Shown piece after piece: positions 15,831 to 23,967 of a stretch of DNA of 32,092 bases. The stretch spans positions 1 through 32,092 of the forward strand of contig JBBTRY010000009.1 of NCBI GenBank assembly GCA_038064955.1, read 5' to 3'. Position 1 is the first letter of the stretch; each line of letters opens with the position of its first letter. Both the position numbers and the translations under genes were made by a program. The stretch comes from Patescibacteria group bacterium. Lineage in GTDB: Bacteria > Patescibacteriota > Minisyncoccia > UBA6257 > GWB1-50-10. The notes below the pieces were generated by a model. It was not told the DNA's origin and did no database searches. It saw nothing but the letters and a program-made list of their open reading frames with translations.

Positions 15831-16163
15831 CTACATCATCTTTATTTCAACGTCAACGCCCGAAGGCAGATTCAAATCGGTCAGAGATTCGATGATTTTC
15901 TGCTGGGGATTTAGTATATCCACCAGCCGCTTGTGCACCCGGAGCTCGAACTGCTCGCGGGATTTTTTATGCACGAAAGTGGAACGGTTCACCGTGTAGC
16001 GCTTGAATTCCGTGGGAAGCGGAATCGGACCCATCACTTCGCCGCCCTGGCGCTTGATGGCCTCGATAATCTGCTTCACGGAATTATCAATCAACTTGGT
16101 GTCGTACGCTTTCACCTTTATCCGTAATTTTTCTTTTTGAATTTGCTCTTCCTTTTTAGCCAT
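15831..16163 (-). CDS. rpsJ: 30S ribosomal protein S10
   Basis: 110 aa with LRIKVKAYD...GPIPLPT...YTVNRSTFVHKKSREQFE...HKRLVDI. Confidence 0.96.
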   Translation of the reverse strand: MAKKEEQIQKEKLRIKVKAYDTKLIDNSVKQIIEAIKRQGGEVMGPIPLPTEFKRYTVNRSTFVHKKSREQFELRVHKRLVDILNPQQKIIESLTDLNLPSGVDVEIKMM

Positions 16164-16175
16164 TATAATGACTGA

Positions 16176-17375
16176 CTATTTAATTATTTTCGTAACAACG
16201 CCAGCTCCGACTGTTTTACCTCCCTCTCGGATGGCGAAACGTTGCTTTTCTTCCAAAGCAACCGGAGCAATGAGCTTTACCGTAAAGGTAACCGTGTCGC
16301 CCGGCATAACCATTTCAACGCCTTCTGCGAGCGTTACTTCGCCGGTCACATCCGTAGTCCTGATATAGAATTGTGGTTTGTAGCCGGTAAAGAACGGGGT
16401 ATGCCGTCCGCCTTCCTCTTTGCTCAAAATGAGCACTTCGGCGGTGAATTCGGTGTGCGGCGTGACGCTACCCGGCTTTGCAATAATCTGACCGCGCTCC
16501 ACATCCTCCTTCTTGAGGCTCCGGAGCAAAATACCCACATTGTCGCCCGCCTGGACTTCGTCAAGCAATTTCTGGAACATTTCGATTCCGGTCACGACCG
16601 TTTTCACGGTCGGGCGGAGACCAATAATTTCCACTTCATCATTCACTTTAAGGACTCCCCGCTCGGCGCGGCCCGTCACGACGGTTCCGCGGCCTTCAAT
16701 GGAGAAAATGTCTTCAATCGGCATTAGGAACGGCTTATCGGTCTCGCGAACCGGAGTCGGGATATAATCATCGAGCGCCTTCACGAGTTCCATAATCGGC
16801 TTCGCATCTTCGCTGTCGGCCGAAGTGGAATTCAAAGCCTTCAAAGCGGAACCGCGGATAATCGGGGTTTCGTCGCCCGGGAAGTTGTACTTCTTGAGCA
16901 ATTCACGGATTTCAGATTCAACCAAGTTCACGAGTTCCGGATCGTCCACCATATCCGTCTTGTTCAAAAAGACAATAATGGAAGGCACGCCGACTTGGCG
17001 GGCTAAAAGAATGTGCTCGCGGGTTTGAGGCATCGGGCCGTCCGCGGCGGAAACCACGAGAATGGCTCCGTCCATCTGGGCGGCGCCGGTAATCATGTTC
17101 TTGATGTAATCCGCGTGGCCGGGCGCGTCGATGTGCGCGTAGTGGCGCTTTTCGGATTCATATTCCGAGTGATGTAAAGCAATCGTAATGCCGCGGGCCT
17201 TTTCTTCCGGAGCATTATCGATCTGATCGACCTTCTCTTCCTTCTTGGCCCAGCCCTTCATATAAAGGACATGCGTGATGGCCGCGGTCAAGGTGGTCTT
17301 GCCGTGGTCGACGTGGCCGATGGTCCCCACATTCACGTGAGGCTTATTCCGCTGAAATTTCTCTTTTTCTGCCAT
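16176..17375 (-). CDS. tuf: Elongation factor Tu
   Basis: 399 aa with [19 protein letters not shown] and SAL G-motifs and full-length EF-Tu domains. Confidence 0.99.
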   Translation of the reverse strand: MAEKEKFQRNKPHVNVGTIGHVDHGKTTLTAAITHVLYMKGWAKKEEKVDQIDNAPEEKARGITIALHHSEYESEKRHYAHIDAPGHADYIKNMITGAAQMDGAILVVSAADGPMPQTREHILLARQVGVPSIIVFLNKTDMVDDPELVNLVESEIRELLKKYNFPGDETPIIRGSALKALNSTSADSEDAKPIMELVKALDDYIPTPVRETDKPFLMPIEDIFSIEGRGTVVTGRAERGVLKVNDEVEIIGLRPTVKTVVTGIEMFQKLLDEVQAGDNVGILLRSLKKEDVERGQIIAKPGSVTPHTEFTAEVLILSKEEGGRHTPFFTGYKPQFYIRTTDVTGEVTLAEGVEMVMPGDTVTFTVKLIAPVALEEKQRFAIREGGKTVGAGVVTKIIK

Positions 17376-17445
17376 GTTTTTATTTTATTTTTTATTAGTT
17401 TCGACCTAACAATATTTAAAAAGCGATTTTCTCGCCAGTAGGTAT

Positions 17446-17474
17446 ATTTTTGCGGATTGAGCTTAAAATGTCAA
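17446..17474 (-). promoter_or_regulatory. Possible internal promoter upstream of tuf
   Basis: The minus strand reads TTGACA (17474-17469), a 17-nt spacer, then AAAAAT (17451-17446). The -10 is weak. Confidence 0.3.
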
Positions 17475-17519
17475 GTAATGCCGGCTTAGGGATAAAAGTG
17501 CCGGTTTTATTTATAATCG

Positions 17520-19625
17520 TTACTTTTTCTTACCTTCTATTATCAACTGAGCAATATTATTAGGAACTTCTTCATAATGCGAAAATTCCATCGTGAAACT
17601 GCCGCGGCCCTGGGTCATTGAGCGGAGATTGGTTGAATAGCCGAACATCTCGGAAAGCGGCACATCAGCGTCAATCACGCGCACCGTGCCCCGTTCGCCC
17701 ATTGCTTTGATCTTACCGCGCTTTGAGCTCAAATCGCCCGTCACATCGCCCAGGAAATCCGGCGGGGCGATGACCTGCACCTTCATAATCGGCTCAAGCA
17801 TAATGAGTTTCGCCTGGCGGCACGCTTCTTGAAGAGCCATCGAACCCGCAATCTTAAAGGCAAATTCCGAAGAGTCCACGTCGTGGTAAGAACCATCAAA
17901 GACCGTGACCTGCAAGTCGACGAGCGGGTAGCCGGCCAAAATGCCTTTTTGAGCCGCCTCGGTCACGCCCTTCTCAACGGGCGCGATAAACTCCTGCGGG
18001 ATGGCGCCACCCTTAATCTCCTCGACGAATTCGAAGCCCTTGCCGCGCTCAAGCGGCTCAACTCGGAGCCATACATGGCCGTATTGGCCGCGACCGCCGG
18101 ACTGGCGGATATATTTGCCCTCGGCTTCGGCTTTGCCTTTAATAGTTTCCTTATAGGCCACTTGGGGCCGGCCGGTATTCGCGTCCACGGTGAATTCCCG
18201 CTTCATCCGTTCCACGAGAATTTCCAAATGCAATTCACCCATGCCCGAGATGATGGTTTCGCCGGAATCCGGATCGCCGGAAACGCGGAAAGTCGGATCC
18301 TCCTCAGCTAAGCGGTGCAAAGCAATACCCATTTTTTCCTGGTCGGCTTTCGTCTTCGGCTCAATGCGCATAGAAATAACTGGCTCGGGGAAAACAATCC
18401 TTTCGAGGAGAATCGGATGTTCCGGGTCGGTCAGCGTGTCGCCCGTCGTCGTGTTCTTCAATCCGACGATGGCACCCAAATCGCCCGCGTAAATCTCGTC
18501 CACTTCCTCGCGGTGATTGGCATGCATCCGCACGATGCGGCCGATGCGCTCCTGGTTGTTCTTGGCCGCGTTCAAAACGTAGCTGCCGCGTTTCATTATT
18601 CCCGAATAAACGCGGAAATAAGTTAGACTGCCGACGAACGGGTCCGCCGCGATTTTGAAAGCGAGGGCCGCAAGAGGCTCGTCGTCCTTCGGATGGCGCT
18701 CCCTTTCTTCGTGAGTCTCAAAATCCAATCCCTTGGTCGCAGGCATATCGGCGGGAGATGGCAGATAATCTACAACGCCGTCCAATACCAGCTGAACGCC
18801 TTTGTTCTTCAAAGCCGAACCGCAGAAAACCGGCACGAGCGTATTATCAATGGTGGCTTTCCTCAAAACTCTTTTTATGTCGGCTATTTCCGGCTCTTTG
18901 CCTTCGAGATACGCCGCCATTAAAACATCGTCTTTTTCCACCACTTTTTCTAATAGGGTATGGCGCGCTTTCTTGGCATCGTCCAGAAGGTTCGCTGGTA
19001 TCTCGCCTTCGATGATATTTTCGCCGTGCTCCCCTTCGAAGCGGAATGATTTCATCCGCAAAAGATCTATCACTCCTTCAAACTTATCTTCCAAGCCTAT
19101 GGGAAGTTGGACGGGAACGGCATTCGGCGTCAGCCGCTCAATAATGGAACCGAAACTTTTGTCAAAATCCGCGCCTGTCCGGTCAAGCTTATTAATGAAG
19201 CAGATGCGGGGTACGTTGTATTCGTCGGCATAGTGCCAATTGGTTTCGGATTGAGGTTCCACACCCGCCACGCCGTCGAAGACGACAACCGCACCATCCA
19301 AAACGCGCATCGAGCGCTTCACCTCAACTGTGAAATCGATATGGCCCGGCGTATCAATGATATTCAGCCGGTATTCCATATTCTTATCCCCTTTCGCGTA
19401 GGTCGGTGTCCAGAAACAAGTGGTGGCGGCCGAAGTGATGGTGATGCCGCGCTCGCGCTCCTGTTCCATCCAATCCATCACGGTGTCGCCCTCGTGCACC
19501 TCGCCGATCTTGTGGGCGACGCCGGTGTAGAAAAGAATGCGCTCGGAAGTCGTGGTTTTCCCCGCATCAATGTGCGCAACCACGCCGATATCCCTTGTCT
19601 TCTCAATTGGGTATTGTCTTGGCAT
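17520..19625 (-). CDS. fusA: Elongation factor G
   Basis: 701 aa with [14 protein letters not shown]-type G1, DTPGH and NKLD motifs, five-domain length, and an EF-G C-terminus. Confidence 0.99.
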   Translation of the reverse strand: MPRQYPIEKTRDIGVVAHIDAGKTTTSERILFYTGVAHKIGEVHEGDTVMDWMEQERERGITITSAATTCFWTPTYAKGDKNMEYRLNIIDTPGHIDFTVEVKRSMRVLDGAVVVFDGVAGVEPQSETNWHYADEYNVPRICFINKLDRTGADFDKSFGSIIERLTPNAVPVQLPIGLEDKFEGVIDLLRMKSFRFEGEHGENIIEGEIPANLLDDAKKARHTLLEKVVEKDDVLMAAYLEGKEPEIADIKRVLRKATIDNTLVPVFCGSALKNKGVQLVLDGVVDYLPSPADMPATKGLDFETHEERERHPKDDEPLAALAFKIAADPFVGSLTYFRVYSGIMKRGSYVLNAAKNNQERIGRIVRMHANHREEVDEIYAGDLGAIVGLKNTTTGDTLTDPEHPILLERIVFPEPVISMRIEPKTKADQEKMGIALHRLAEEDPTFRVSGDPDSGETIISGMGELHLEILVERMKREFTVDANTGRPQVAYKETIKGKAEAEGKYIRQSGGRGQYGHVWLRVEPLERGKGFEFVEEIKGGAIPQEFIAPVEKGVTEAAQKGILAGYPLVDLQVTVFDGSYHDVDSSEFAFKIAGSMALQEACRQAKLIMLEPIMKVQVIAPPDFLGDVTGDLSSKRGKIKAMGERGTVRVIDADVPLSEMFGYSTNLRSMTQGRGSFTMEFSHYEEVPNNIAQLIIEGKKK

Positions 19626-19729
19626 GCCTTAGAATTTTTAATTATTAATTTTTGAATTTTTAAACAATATTTAAATTCAAACTTTAAAAATTAAGATTTA
19701 TTTATAAAATTAAAAATTATAAAATTCGA
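19626..19729 (-). other. Extremely AT-rich (about 90% A+T) rpsG/fusA spacer with short direct and inverted repeats
   Basis: I count about 10 G/C in 104 nt. TTATAAAATT occurs twice (19702-19711 and 19717-19726). AATTTTT occurs three times between 19633 and 19662. On the minus strand there is a TTTGAATTT/AAATTCAAA inverted repeat. Confidence 0.6.
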
Positions 19730-20200
19730 CTAATTTCTTATGTAGCTCGCGAAAGCGCGGTTTGCCTCGGCCATTCTGTGCGTATCCAATTTCTTCTTGA
19801 TAGCCGAGCCTTCATTCTTCGAAGCCAGCATTAATTCTTCCGCGAGCTTCTGGGACATCGGCTTGCCCTTCTTGGCGCGGGCCGCGGCGATTATCCAATG
19901 GGTCGCGAGAAAGAATTTCCGCTCCGGACGCACCTCGCGCGGAATCTGATAATTGGCGCCGCCGATGCGACGGGAAGCCACCTCCAAGAGAGGCGTCGCG
20001 TTCTCAAGTGCTTTGTCGAAAACTTTGATTGGATCCTCTTTGGTTTCTTTTTCAATCTTCGCCATCGCGTCGTGGAAGACTTTTTCGGCGACGCTCTTCT
20101 TGCCGCCAGTCATCAGATAATTGACGAAGCGTTCAATATCAACGCGGCCGTACTTACTGTCGGCTTTGTGTTCGTTTTTTTTGAATCCTTTGCGTCGCAT
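19730..20200 (-). CDS. rpsG: 30S ribosomal protein S7
   Basis: 156 aa with LMTGGKKSVAEKVF, the helices ALENATPLLEV.SRRIGGANYQIP, and the ANRAFA tail. Confidence 0.96.
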   Translation of the reverse strand: MRRKGFKKNEHKADSKYGRVDIERFVNYLMTGGKKSVAEKVFHDAMAKIEKETKEDPIKVFDKALENATPLLEVASRRIGGANYQIPREVRPERKFFLATHWIIAAARAKKGKPMSQKLAEELMLASKNEGSAIKKKLDTHRMAEANRAFASYIRN

Positions 20201-20226
20201 AGTGTTTAAATTTTAAGTTCTAAATT

Positions 20227-20643
20227 TTAATTTTTAGTCTTTTTCTTTTTAGCTCCGTACTTTGATCTTTGCTGATTCCGATCCACGCCCGAAGTATCGA
20301 GTATCCCGCGCACAATGTGATAGCGAACGCCCGGCAAGTCCTTCACGCGGCCGCCCCGAATCATTACGACGGAGTGCTCCTGGAGGTTGTGCCCTTCGCC
20401 CGGGATATAAGCCGTGACTTCCATGCCATTCGTGAGCCGGACCCTGGCCACTTTCCGGAGAGCCGAGTTCGGCTTCTTCGGCGTGGTAGTAAAGACCTTA
20501 AGGCAGACGCCCCGCTTGAAGGGCGAGGAAGAATTCACCGGGCGGTTTTTTAGGTAATTAAAATAAAAATCCAGGGCAGGCGCTTTGGATTTTCTCGGGG
20601 TTCTCACCCGTCCGCGCTTAATTAGTTGATGTATCGTAGGCAT
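20227..20643 (-). CDS. rpsL: 30S ribosomal protein S12
   Basis: 138 aa with [30 protein letters not shown] and PGVRYH. Confidence 0.97.
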   Translation of the reverse strand: MPTIHQLIKRGRVRTPRKSKAPALDFYFNYLKNRPVNSSSPFKRGVCLKVFTTTPKKPNSALRKVARVRLTNGMEVTAYIPGEGHNLQEHSVVMIRGGRVKDLPGVRYHIVRGILDTSGVDRNQQRSKYGAKKKKTKN

Positions 20644-20661
20644 TTTTTAAATGCGTAGTTA

Positions 20662-20690
20662 AATTTAATCAATGAGCGGTGATATGTCAA
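20662..20690 (-). promoter_or_regulatory. Sigma-70-like promoter of the rpsL operon
   Basis: The minus strand reads TTGACA (20690-20685), a 17-nt spacer, then TAAATT (20667-20662). The predicted leader to the rpsL ATG is only about 12 nt and has no Shine-Dalgarno sequence. Confidence 0.6.
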
Positions 20691-20760
20691 GGATAGGTTT
20701 AGGAACATGAGCGGAATTCCTTGATTTTTACTAAGAGGGGATTTATTTGGACACAACGAA

Positions 20761-21003
20761 TTATTGAATTTTAAGTGCTTGCTTAATGTTTTTTATTTCT
20801 CTCGTGTGTTCTCCCACCTCTTTTTCGATCCGCCCTACCCACGCAGCAGTAAAAATCCTCTCTTGACCAAGGCGGCGTAAAATAGTCATCATCTCATCTT
20901 GCGCCGTCAAAAACCGTTGGGTAAAATTATCAACTTTATTTTCAAGCTGAACAAATTTTCCATCGTGCTCTATCAATTTTTGGATTATTTTATCTTCATT
21001 CAT
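20761..21003 (-). CDS. Hypothetical small helical protein (80 aa)
   Basis: The ORF has a charged, helix-prone sequence. No family was recognised. It lies between a stem-loop (21048-21076) and the rpsL promoter. Confidence 0.4.
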   Translation of the reverse strand: MNEDKIIQKLIEHDGKFVQLENKVDNFTQRFLTAQDEMMTILRRLGQERIFTAAWVGRIEKEVGEHTREIKNIKQALKIQ

Positions 21004-21047
21004 ACTCTTTAATAATTATACAAAATCATCATACTTCCCTACCTCTA

Positions 21048-21076
21048 AATCTTACGAAGTCGGACTTCGTAAGATT
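21048..21076 (-). terminator. 12-bp stem-loop downstream of the M50 protease gene
   Basis: AATCTTACGAAG-tcgga-CTTCGTAAGATT forms a perfect 12-bp stem. No clear U-tract follows on the minus strand, so terminator function is uncertain. Confidence 0.35.
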
Positions 21077-21079
21077 ACT

Positions 21080-21703
21080 TTAAATTCCCAGAAGAAATCT
21101 AGCGATGGCGGAAACGATTGGGCCGAGGAACGGCAGGCCGGTAAAGATAAGGATAATGAGAATTATCCAGCCGTAGGGATTCCGCTCGTCGAAAAATCTC
21201 TTGAATCCCCCGGCGGAATCCGGTATCAGGAATGCCGCCACTTTCGCGCCGTCCAGGGGCGGGATGGGAATGAGATTGAAAACGGCGAGCACTATATTGA
21301 TTATGACTATGAGGCCAATTAACTCCTTGAAAACAAACATCGTGTCGCCCGCCACGAATCCCAAAATTCGGTAAACGACGCTCAAAACCACGGCAATGCC
21401 GAAATTGCTCAAAGGTCCGGCGACGGCGATGAGCGCCGCTCCTCTTTCTGGATTCTTCAGATTATACGGATTATAGGGCACGGGCTTGGCCCAGCCGAAA
21501 ACAATTCCGCCGGGCACGAGCGAAAGCATAAGCGGCAAAAAGACTGAACCGACAGGGTCCAGATGTTTTAAAGGATTCAAAGTGAGTCGGCCGGCGAGGC
21601 GCGCCGTCGGGTCCCCCAATTTTTCTGCCATAAAGCCGTGGGAAATTTCGTGGATTACCGCCGAGAAGATAAGAACGATGATTTGAAAAACGATTAGTTC
21701 CAT
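21080..21703 (-). CDS. Site-2 protease family (peptidase M50) membrane metalloprotease
   Basis: It has an HExxH motif within a TM helix (AVIHEISHG), multiple TM segments, and an NLIPIPPLDG motif. The ORF is open to 21742. I chose the ATG at 21703 (MELIVFQ...) because the longer form overlaps the divergent gene start at 21729. Confidence 0.78.
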   Translation of the reverse strand: MELIVFQIIVLIFSAVIHEISHGFMAEKLGDPTARLAGRLTLNPLKHLDPVGSVFLPLMLSLVPGGIVFGWAKPVPYNPYNLKNPERGAALIAVAGPLSNFGIAVVLSVVYRILGFVAGDTMFVFKELIGLIVIINIVLAVFNLIPIPPLDGAKVAAFLIPDSAGGFKRFFDERNPYGWIILIILIFTGLPFLGPIVSAIARFLLGI

Positions 21704-21728
21704 TGCCTTAATGTTATAATGATAAGGA

Positions 21729-22373
21729 ATGAAAAGCGACAAGACAATTTATTTTTTCGTGCTGGTCTTCGCCTTCCTGGTGCTGGGCGGCTTTTATCTC
21801 ATCTTCGACAAAATAAGCGGGCTTGAGACGGAAGTGAAGAATGTTGAGCTCAATTACCAGCTGGCTTCAAAGAACAGTACAGCGGAAACGCCAACCATAT
21901 CGGTAACCTCGACTCCGGAGACCGCCGGCAATCCCCCGGTCCAAAATCCTTCGGCGGAGAGCGCAAGCACCGACATAACCATCCCGACCGGAATAATTTT
22001 CACGGCGAGCTCCAGCCCGACCCTCCAGCCGCAAACCCCGGTCACCATTACGATAGAAAGCGTGATAAAAAAATCCGATGGCTCGATTGTCGTCCAAATG
22101 AAGACGTTCACGAGCCAAGCGACGAGTTACAGCGCCATTGACCCCAAGACTTTCATCCAATATGTGAGTCTTGATTCCGAAAACCAGGACCCGGCGAACG
22201 CGAGCCCCATCTTCGCCTCGATGCCGCCCAAAAGCGTGAATACCGGCACCGTCATCTTCTATGCGAACCCCGATAAAACGGTGATAATCCTCCAAATGGG
22301 GCGGGGCGATAATCCGACATTCTACGAGTTCAACTTCACGAAAAAGACCTACAGAGAAACCGTCGTCGGATAA
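21729..22373 (+). CDS. Membrane-anchored extracytoplasmic protein (hypothetical)
   Basis: 214 aa with an N-terminal TM anchor (IYFFVLVFAFLVLGGFYLIF), an S/T/P-rich linker and a beta-rich C-terminal domain. No family was recognised. Confidence 0.5.
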   Translation: MKSDKTIYFFVLVFAFLVLGGFYLIFDKISGLETEVKNVELNYQLASKNSTAETPTISVTSTPETAGNPPVQNPSAESASTDITIPTGIIFTASSSPTLQPQTPVTITIESVIKKSDGSIVVQMKTFTSQATSYSAIDPKTFIQYVSLDSENQDPANASPIFASMPPKSVNTGTVIFYANPDKTVIILQMGRGDNPTFYEFNFTKKTYRETVVG

Positions 22374-22381
22374 GAAATTGA

Positions 22382-22410
22382 TTGACAATTTGGGCGAAAG
22401 TAAATAGACT
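22382..22410 (+). promoter_or_regulatory. Sigma-70-like promoter of rpmB-tRNA-Pro
   Basis: TTGACA (22382-22387), a 17-nt spacer, then TAGACT (22405-22410). The ATG lies at 22421. Confidence 0.55.
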
Positions 22411-22420
22411 TCAATCTGTT

Positions 22421-22612
22421 ATGCGAATGTGCGAAAAATGCGGAAAATCTTCGATTGGCGGCGGAACGCGCAAGCTTTTGCGCGGCCACTATAACCCGAC
22501 TGCCTGGACCAAAAAACGGGCGAATTTGCAGTGGACCACTTTGCTCGTGAAAGGCAAGCGCTCCTACGTTTGCACGAAATGCCTGAGGACACTCACTAAA
22601 AAAGCGAAGTAG
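22421..22612 (+). CDS. rpmB: 50S ribosomal protein L28
   Basis: 63 aa beginning MRMCEKCGK, with TKKRANLQ (compare the L28 KR..PNLQ motif) and a basic tail. The start was moved from the track's TTG (22382, which is the -35 box) to the in-frame ATG at 22421. Confidence 0.8.
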   Translation: MRMCEKCGKSSIGGGTRKLLRGHYNPTAWTKKRANLQWTTLLVKGKRSYVCTKCLRTLTKKAK

Positions 22613-22614
22613 CG

Positions 22615-22688
22615 CGGGCTGTAGTATAGCGGCAGTATGCACCCTCGGGGTGGGTGTGACCCGGGTTCGATTCCCGGCAGCCCGACCA
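22615..22688 (+). tRNA. tRNA-Pro (anticodon GGG in the best cloverleaf), CCA encoded
   Basis: CGGGCTG TA GTAT AGCGGCA GTAT G CACCC TCGGGGT GGGTG TGAC CCGGG TTCGATT CCCGG CAGCCCG A CCA. The C1:G72 pair and A73 are bacterial Pro identity features. It starts 2 nt after the rpmB stop. Confidence 0.85.
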
Positions 22689-22703
22689 ATAACAAATTAA
22701 ACT

Positions 22704-22739
22704 AAAAACAAGAACTCGGTAAAGCGAGTTCTTGTTTTT
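22704..22739. terminator. Bidirectional intrinsic terminator between tRNA-Pro (+) and rpoD (-)
   Basis: AACAAGAACTCG (22707-22718) pairs with CGAGTTCTTGTT (22725-22736), a 12-bp perfect stem. It is flanked by an A5 tract and a T5 tract, and the T-tract overlaps the rpoD stop codon. Confidence 0.8.
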
Positions 22740-23955
22740 AATACCCCTCCAGTTTCTTGGCCTTGTCGTGCCCCCTTATCTTATCCAAAGCCTTGGCCTC
22801 GATCTGCCGGATGCGTTCGCGGGTGACGCCGAAAACCTTCCCCACTTCTTCCAAAGTATGCGGAATATTATCTTCCAAACCGAAGCGCATCGAGAGTATT
22901 TTCCGTTCCCGTTCGGTGAGATCGTCCAATATTTCCTTGATTTGGTCTTTCAAAAGCGCGTGGCTCGCGAGCTGGTCGGGGCTCAAGCTCTGCTCGTCTT
23001 TGATGAAATCGGAAAGCGAAAGGTCATCCTCGCTGTCGCCGATCGGCGCTTCGAGCGAAATGACTTCCTGGGAAATTTTCTGGATGTAGTGCACTTTCTT
23101 CACATCCATTCCCATTTCGGTCGCGATTTCTTCAGGCAGAGGTTCGCGGCCCAGCTCCTGCATCAGCTGGCGCTTCGTCTGGGTGTATTTCGTAATGGTT
23201 TCCACCATATGCACCGGAATGCGGATAGTGCGCGAATAATCCGCCAAAGCGCGGGTAACGGCCTGGCGAATCCACCAGGTCGCGTAAGTGGAAAATTTGA
23301 AACCCTTCCGATAGTCGAATTTGTCGACGGCCCGCGAAAGGCCGATATTCCCCTCCTGAATCAGATCCAAAATGCTCAAACGCGGACTGCGGTTCACATA
23401 GCGCTTGGCGATCGAAACCACTAGTCTCAAATTTGCCTGAATCAATCTCTTTCGAGCGAGTTCATCGGACTGTTCGGCGCGCTTCGCCAAATCTTTTTCT
23501 TCCTGCGAAGTCAGAAGCGGCGTCTTGCCGATTTCCTTGAGATACATTTGGACGGCATCGGGCAGAATCTGGTCGAAGCGGGTCGCTTCCTTCAATTCCT
23601 GAAGGGAGATTTCTTCCAATTTCGTGTCTTTGATAAAAAGGCTCGTCTCTTTTATCTTTACTCCATGCTCTTCGAGCTTGTTGTAAGCCCGCTCCAAAAA
23701 AGCGAGATTTTTTTCGATGTCCGGGAAATAATTCAGAACCTCGGCATCAGTGATAAATCCTCGGCTCCGGCCGCGCCGGACAAGCTCCCTAAGCCCTTCA
23801 TCGTATCCTTCCGGCACTTTCAGCTTCTTCTCTTTCGGTTTGGCTTTTGAAACCTTCTTTTTGGCCTTGGGGGATTTTTTTACTTTACGAACCTTCGGCT
23901 TTTTGGATTTATTGGCTTTTTTTCCTTTCTTCGCTTTTTTTATTTTTTTTGCCAT
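22738..23955 (-). CDS. rpoD: Primary RNA polymerase sigma factor (sigma-70/RpoD) with a Lys-rich N-terminus
   Basis: Regions 1.2-4.2 are recognisable ([52 protein letters not shown]). It follows dnaG as in the macromolecular synthesis operon. Confidence 0.95.
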   Translation of the reverse strand: MAKKIKKAKKGKKANKSKKPKVRKVKKSPKAKKKVSKAKPKEKKLKVPEGYDEGLRELVRRGRSRGFITDAEVLNYFPDIEKNLAFLERAYNKLEEHGVKIKETSLFIKDTKLEEISLQELKEATRFDQILPDAVQMYLKEIGKTPLLTSQEEKDLAKRAEQSDELARKRLIQANLRLVVSIAKRYVNRSPRLSILDLIQEGNIGLSRAVDKFDYRKGFKFSTYATWWIRQAVTRALADYSRTIRIPVHMVETITKYTQTKRQLMQELGREPLPEEIATEMGMDVKKVHYIQKISQEVISLEAPIGDSEDDLSLSDFIKDEQSLSPDQLASHALLKDQIKEILDDLTERERKILSMRFGLEDNIPHTLEEVGKVFGVTRERIRQIEAKALDKIRGHDKAKKLEGY

Positions 23956-23967
23956 ATAAGTGTTCCC

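Noticed and set aside
19626-19729. The AT-rich spacer as a replication origin or DNA unwinding element.
   Set aside because: I found no DnaA-box-like 9-mers (TTATCCACA or close variants) in or around it. It sits inside a highly transcribed operon, and dnaA/dnaN are not nearby.
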